Shown: in pieces, positions 21,539 to 28,762 of the stretch
How positions within the stretch are numbered: the stretch's first letter is position 1
Layout: every line of letters starts with the position of its first letter
Assembly (NCBI GenBank): GCA_000934665.2
Contig: KZ538318.1
Coordinates: 62,001-90,762, forward strand
Direction: 5' to 3'
DNA from: Catajapyx aquilonaris
Taxonomy: Eukaryota
DNA length: 28,762 nucleotides
Position numbers and translations under genes: made by a program
The notes under the pieces: model-generated
What the model was told of the DNA's origin: nothing
Seen by the model: the letters and a program-made list of their open reading frames with translations, nothing else
Databases searched by the model: none

Positions 21539-24500
21539 CACAAATAATACCATTCATCTCAATGTATAGTGTCATTTGTCAAATAAATAGTTCTCATAAT
21601 ATAATTATCCTGGTATATTTTCTACGGAAATTTATGCAATTCAACAATCACTATAAAATGTTTGATTTAGGTTACATTTTTTAATTTTCAAAAAGGCAAA
21701 TTGTGTCCTGCTTTATCAATTATGTAAGCTACATAAGTTTGCACAATTTGCATGTTTTAGCACAACGCTGTGTACCATGCATACACATTGTTTTTAGAGC
21801 GTTTAAAACTCGTCATAGCTAAAATCCTGCTATATCGAAAAACATAGATGGCAGACTTTTTAAAAAATCCTTTTCGGTTTGAAGTTTGAACTTCCTATTT
21901 TTACAACACAAAATATAGCTGGCGATCAGTGCAAAACGGCAAAGCATTTACTTGTTACCATCTGCAGAAACTATGAACACTTATCTTCTTTTTAATCATC
22001 TTGATAAAAGGAGTGTTTTGAAAAATGCTCTCCTTCGAGAGAATGGTGGAAAGAAATACAATAATAATGATTAATTAATTTGAAAATTGAAATTGGGTGG
22101 AGGTCTTGGATTTTTCTATTTTTTTTAACTACAAATTGTGGAGGGGATAAGGGTTGTTAGTGTTATGATGTTCACGACATCACAGGATACACAATAATCC
22201 CGATCCCACATCATCACTTCTCTCACTCTCTTTTTCTCTCTCTCTTTCGCTCTAATCATCACATCGTCATCATCATTGTCATCAGTCAACACACAAAAAA
22301 CACAATGTCGCACCAAGCATCCTCCTGATACAGGTACGAGTACTAAAACTTAGCTACGAGTTCGTTCTAGATACTGATTATCTGACTCCTTTTTTTCTTC
22401 TTCTTCTTCTGTTTTCTTTTATTTTTTTCTTTTTTTTTCAAATCCATTTTTAAAACAATACAGTCGATCGAGGCTTACATGCATTCAGGCTTCACAGGAA
22501 GAACTAGAAGGAGGGGCCCAGACAGATTTTATTAATTTCTTTGATTTAAAAAAAAAAAACTCTCTTCTCCCCCACGCAATGTGACTGCATCACATTATGG
22601 AAATGGTCAACAATCAGTTACAGGCAATCGTAACAAACCTCCACAGTTGTTGTTTTTGTCTCTTTTTTGAAAAATTTATTCCTACGGGGGTAAAACTCAC
22701 GCATTTTTCGTTGCAAAAATGAAATTGGCGAATTCAGAAAAGCGATATTTGCAAGTGCAAAAACCCGGAATGCCCATCTCTTCTTGAGCAAGAGTTTTCA
22801 GTACAGGAAATCAGGAGATTATTTTTGCAAACATAACTGAATAAAACTGAGATGTTGGGGCCTACAAATGTGTTATTAAAACATGATTAATTTTCTACTA
22901 ATTCATATTTGTGGCATAGACATGCAGGTGATTTTCGGATAGGTGAACTTCACTGGCATTGGGCAAGTACAGTGGTGCTCTGATTATATTGGGAAGAGAC
23001 AGAATAGCCACTCAAGTTACTGCTAAATAATAAGCAGATTAGTTATGAGAAAAATGCAATTGAAGGTAAGACCACGAGCCTTGAAGGATGGTGCAAAGCC
23101 TGTACCTTACCCTGAGGTAAGTCGGCTCTATATAAACGGATGTGCATGAAAGGTTTCATTGACGTCAACGGACTTGTCCTATATTATGATTGGGATGAGT
23201 TGGTTATCCATAAATGATTGGTTTGAATCTTCCTGAGGGGACATCTGGGTTGAGTTACCGAGGAAGAATCGGCGAATCGATCATAACTTAATTACGATAT
23301 GGTAAAAGCCCGGTCTCTGGCGCTGATTTTGCTCAACCATAAAGCCCTATACTATCAAAGAGATCAAAGGACGATGCGCTGTAGATTATTTTGAAAAATT
23401 TCAGTTTAAGGTTCTAAGAATATTTCAGCACAAATCATGAATATTTTGTGCGTGTACTGAAAATTGCAGTGCGAAAATGAGGTTAATGTAGAGGCTACTA
23501 CTGTAGAGGAATAAATCTAATTTGTTGAAGCTGAAAATCTTTTAATTATGGGTAAGCACATTACTGTACTTGCGTACAGAGTCTAGCATCTGCATGTCGG
23601 CTATATTAGAAAACATATTGGCGCATAAGGCATGAAAAATAATGTGCTCTAGGAAAAACATGGGATCAGTATTAAAACGCAGGACTATCGCATTGTGACT
23701 CCCACTGTACAGTTCCCTCCTTTAAAACCCAATTGTTAGCTGATTGGTTTTACAACTTTAATGTGCATCTTTTAAAATAATCGGAAGGTGTGCATTTTCT
23801 CCTATACTCTACTGCAACCTAATTAATAGCACCAAAGACACTGTCTAACTGCTGCAAGTGATATACGGAGAGAGCTTAGGTAACAAATTGCCGATATCCC
23901 ACCGCACACTGCGTCAATTACCGATATTGCACTATTCCCGGCTGACCATAATGTCAATTGAAAATTTTTGAAATTATTTCTATCAGGACAAAATCAATGA
24001 GGTTTAAGCAGATTTCAACATGCATCAGGGTTAATCCCCTATAATGAATAAAAGAACACCCCTCTCATTACTAATGATGCATAAATGCCAATTTAGCTGG
24101 AAATATTTGCCTTTGATTATAAGTTACAATACACAGAAAAGCATATATAGAAACGCATTTGTAATTTGAAAAAAAAAGGCATTTTATTTTAACTACACGA
24201 AGTCATGGCATGCCAAGGGTATAGGCAAGAAAAGTACTCCAGCCTATAGACCATTTCCGATGGAAGTTATGTAGCCTATAGTTGATCCCCCAGTGTTTTT
24301 CAAGGGTAAGGTCAGAATAACAAGGGCGACCTTTCCCAGCCTCTTCGCATTGACCCCTGTATTCCTCAGGTGGGGCTTATCGGTTGATGGGACTCGTCAC
24401 TTGAGAGGCGATGGTTCCCTCGAGGTGTGTTTTTGATTCAGCTTCTGCCCTTGTATTATAACAGAAAAACCTTGCCTTTTCAGACTGATGGAAGTGCCTC

Positions 24501-27500
24501 CAGGCTGGCCACACTATTAGTGATCAATACGATTTACTTACCTCTAAGAAAAGCAGACACACAATGGCTCGTCTGGAAATAACACCAGCTCGGTTACAAA
24601 ACACAGAAGTATTACATTCCACCTTGATGAGCTGTCACTTACGACTAAAAGGCGAAGGAAATTCCATACAGAGCCTTTGTTAGGTGTCAGGCAGATTCTT
24701 AATGCGTTCTGCGTAAATATGAGTGACGCCAACAGACACTTACCCTGAAGCAAAATTTCAAAATTTCAAAGAAAAAAAAATGAAAACAGTCTCCTTTTTT
24801 ATTTTTATTTTCTCATTTTATGATACCCCAATGAATAAACCAGCTTTGGTCTACAGTAGCTTCCACTTTATTGAAGTTTTTCTTGCTTAATAAATCTGCA
24901 ACCCAAATCTCAGATATTGATGGTAGCCTCATTTGCGTATATCCGCGATAAAGAATTACAGCAATAGTTCTGGCCAACATTGTGGCACTGAATATGGATG
25001 ACCCGAAGACTTTACAAACTCTGCTGGATGGTGACATCCACCCCGGTTATTCCATCATGTGAATTGGCGAGCCCGAGACCATGTTCTTGAAGGCAGGAAC
25101 CTGGAGGACCCCCTTTTTATGCCCTTCTCGATTCCTCTTTTACAGCCTTATATATAGGGGTAGACAAGAGGAAATCCTGCCCACCAATCTTCCAGACCAG
25201 GATAATACAGTAATCAAGAAAAGGGGGGGAGAAATCTCTATTCCCATCCCAAAAAACAAACGCATGACAAAATGGCGAGATTTATGTCGTCTCGCACGCA
25301 TTTCCTGAATTTATTTTTATGCCCATCACATGTTCCGAGTGTAATTCTCTCCAAACAACTGATAAGCCAAATAGTCAATTCTATACATAATACAGTAGAT
25401 AAAAACACAAAAAAAATGGTCGCTTCCACGTGAAGCCCGTTTCCCTAATCAGCTATAATCTATTGCAAAAATAAATGCCAGATTTCTATCTCTAGAATAA
25501 ATGTCTAGGGCTCTATTTATGATTAGGCAGACTCCCAAAATAAACTTTTGAAGGGGTTAAGGTACTGGCATGAGTTATAGACGAATACCCATTTATGTTC
25601 GGTTTTTCAAGGAACAGCTGGACCCAGGTGTGACTCAAGGGCGCCTGTTTATTTTCCCGCTTCTTCGCCTCAAGAAGTGGTCGTGAATTTTTCTTTTCTT
25701 TTTTCTTTTTTTTTTCTTTAGGGGGGTTGCTAGGGTTCCCCTCCTGACGTAAGACACCTGCTGAAGAAGCTGGAGGGGGCTACATTTGGGCCAAAAATGC
25801 GGTGCAACCAAGTGGTATCCGTTATGCATGATAAAAGCTTGTCCATTCCTGACGAGAATATGTGTGGGGGCCTGAAAATAGCACTAGTCAGAAGTTATGT
25901 GAATAACTCGGAGGGGGAAAAAAAGCGTTAAAAATGTTGCAGTACAGCAAGTGTGGGAAGGTCAGAAGGTCCAAGTGACAAAACTTTTTAAATCCGCCAA
26001 AAATTTTGCATTGCAAATGAAGTGGAATTACAAACTTTTGCCTCAATGTGAGTGAATGGATGGGTCTCATGGTATCCATAATTTTACTCCAAATGTCAAG
26101 CCACAATTTTCATACAGTCTGGGAATTTTCAAAGGAGCTAATTAACCTAACAAAGAAACGACCTAATTTACAACGAAGCCAAAATCCCATTTAAATTACC
26201 CTCAAGATAAAATTATCCTCCTTCCGCAATCTATAGGTTGGACATATCCAATCTGTTGTTGTCGTTGCCTACAGCGCGTGTCAAGAGGAAAAAAGGAGGC
26301 TGCGGATGTAATATGGAGCATCTCACTCCGCCCATCCTAACACCCCCCCCCCCCTTCCAACAACCTATAACTAAACCTCTTCAGGACGCATGCGAGCCCA
26401 CACATCCATCAAGGGGGGGTCCATGCAGGAGCAGCCTCCTTTTCAGTTAGACGCCGGGTGCTAGTGGTGTAGGATGCCGACTTCTTTCGGGGACACTCTT
26501 CTGTCATCCGGAAAGGGCCACACTACTAATTCCACCAATCAAGGTAAGAATATCAATTAATTCATTTTTGTTTTGTTTTGTTCAATTAAGGTAATGTTGG
26601 GCTCTCAAAGTGCCTCAAAGGACATTTACAGGAGACGAAATGGTGTGACCTTGCTGCCGAAACGGGTTGAAATTTTCGTGTTTTATGGTCATAAAACGAT
26701 GAATTATGGCAAATGCGCAGGGTGACATCGGAATATCTGGTTGAATGGCAATTGATAGTTTTATGGGAGTATCCGGAGGATTAAATTGACCTACAGAGTA
26801 AAGCTCTTAAGAATTACTTACAAGATGGCTAATGCATTCTTCTCTCGAATTATAGAAATGCAGATATAAGAGTGCAATTCTAGCTGGGTCAGAGGTTGCG
26901 AGAAGTTGATGAACATTGCATTTAATGGAAAGCTTAATAAGGCGGCATCACAAATCCCACAACTAGGCGGATGGCAGAAGATTCAACTGAAAGCATTTGC
27001 GATAGTTTGGAAACTAGTTTGCCGAACTTGAGAATCAAGCAGGTGCTTTCTGTGATATTCCATTCAGAACTGCATATGGTTCATCCATCAAATGATTTAA
27101 AAAATCTAATGAAATTTAAGAGCAGCTTTAGTAAATAAGTCTTTATGCGAAATTGTACTGTACGTGGGCTTAAACGATCAATGCACTCATGTCGTCTTGC
27201 TTTCATTGAATGCAAATGAGCTTCGAAAAGCCTTTTATCTAGCTTCCATCTGAAAGATGTTGAATCCGATTTAAAAATCGATAAATGACGTCTCGAATAA
27301 AAAATTCGTACATCACCAATTAGCTAGCCCCTAATCCTTAACCATAACAGTGAACCAATTATAATATCTATCCAGAGCCCCACTCACATCAATGTTACCA
27401 ACTTAAATGCAGAAAGGTCATATTATAGTGTAATGGCTTACATTTTGAAAGTTCTCCACAAAATTGATTACAAGTACTACTTACGGCACAATACTGTACC

Positions 27501-28383
27501 GGAAGTATGGGCAAAACAACACCGATACCACAAGCCCATCCAGTTGGGATTTTGTCTCACTAATCTTATAAGAGCGTGGCAAATTGATTGCTTAGCAGTA
27601 GAGAAACACAATTAGCTGCCTAGATTAATTAACGAGGGCCAGCTCCTTTCTGAAACGTAATTGTCTACCAGCACATTGCGGACATGAACACACCGCAGGT
27701 CTTTCAATAATGTAGAGCAGACGCGGTTTATTACGTGCTGAACAACTCATTTACTCGTATGTGCAGCACTTGTAATTCATCAGGACTTGTGACAGGAGAG
27801 GGTACCTTCCTTTTATAGATCACAAAGTGAACCTGATGGCGAGCAGATGCTGTGTGACTGAAATGCTGATATCTGTTCAAATAGGGACAAAATGAAGAGC
27901 AGCAGCAGCAGCCATAGCCTTGTGGCTGAAAATTGCTGTGAAATGTTGTCCTGATAGGATTTGACAGGCGAGGCTGACTTATCTGTGCTTAACTGCTCTT
28001 GGTGTGAAAAATACTGCGCTAACTGCCAAGATTTTTTTTTTTGTGCCGTTAAGAAGCAGAACCAAGAGTTTTGAAGAAAAAAAAACGCGTTTTGGCTTAG
28101 GACCTTATCTGGTCTGATTTTTATATTGCGACGGATAGATTTACTATCCAGACCTTAACCTATACCATTAGGGAGCTGGCGATATTGTATCATGCTAACG
28201 GTATGGCTACGTCATAATTATCATGCTGATATCATTGGGCAGAGTTTCAATGACAGTTTGTACGATAGAACTCGGTCAAAATGTGAGAAGCATTTCTTCT
28301 ATGAGGTTCCTTTCAAATAAGGCAAAATTGCTCCAGTTGCTTTGGGATTTCAGATCCAGGTTAGACAATCGAAATTGTTTCGT

Positions 28384-28470
28384 GGGCGGTAAGGCGTGTA
28401 ATGGTTAGCGGCAGAGCCTCCCACCTCTCTAGGTCCTGAGTTCAATCCTCGGACTGTCTCATGTGGAAAG
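28384..28470 (+). mobile_element. tRNA-derived SINE head / tRNA pseudogene, truncated
   Basis: gtaatggttagcg D-arm-like segment, loop ctcccac, T arm ctgag-ttcaatc-ctcgg, then catgtgg; no acceptor stem, tail or TSD seen. Confidence 0.6.
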
Positions 28471-28762
28471 AGTTTCTGGAAATTGAAAAGATGATCGCCT
28501 CAGAAGCTATCATGTAACGGAGTATTATTATTAATGCTTAATAGCAATAGTTTCATCGCTATCGTAACTGATGGAACATCCTGGGAATTGTCCAATCAGC
28601 TGGATTTTTTTACGTAGATACCAATCTAAAACCACCAAAACAATGCAGTAATGCAATTTCGTCTTATGGCTGGTTCCATTTCAATCCAGACGGTGGGTGC
28701 CCAGTCATGGTCTTCGATTTTTTTAAAAAAAATATATGTGAAACCCACATCCAATTGAACCC

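Noticed and set aside
22973..22984. tggtgctctgat (WCSD) resembling the antizyme frameshift junction
   Set aside because: Lacks the TCC-TGA stop, and the flanking translation shows no antizyme similarity.
23045..23122. MRKMQLKVRPRALKDGAKPVPYPE plus GTAAGT, reminiscent of a THAP-domain tail
   Set aside because: No upstream C2CH ligands found in frame; too short to support.
24621..24660. Hammerhead-like ttgatgag...gcgaa
   Set aside because: Core lacks CUGAUGA and GAAA, and flanking stems do not form.
1..28762. CRISPR array, rRNA or prokaryotic operon features
   Set aside because: No regularly spaced direct repeats or rRNA-like sequence; the DNA is intron-containing and eukaryotic.

Overview
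Eukaryotic genomic DNA, probably from an arthropod or other invertebrate (inferred from the SINE types and the patchy CpG depletion). The one confident gene is a plus-strand AMFR/gp78 ERAD E3 ubiquitin ligase. Eight coding exons (8172-15863) join in frame through GT-AG introns to give 580 codons plus stop, covering the TM region, RING-H2, CUE and G2BR. The conserved first coding exon is not recognisable in the window. The gene body is strongly CpG-depleted and both flanks are CpG-richer. Mobile DNA comprises two complete tRNA-derived SINEs with TSDs, a SINE head, two hAT-type MITEs, a Sola-type MITE and a Tc1/mariner remnant. The most unusual structures are (i) a ~430-bp, ~90% identical inverted repeat (19848-21538) whose arms each carry two tRNA-like Pol III modules pointing inward, and (ii) three minus-strand acceptor-(1-2 nt)-GTAAGT units spaced exactly 101 bp apart (24536-24746). 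No new biological system can be established from sequence alone.
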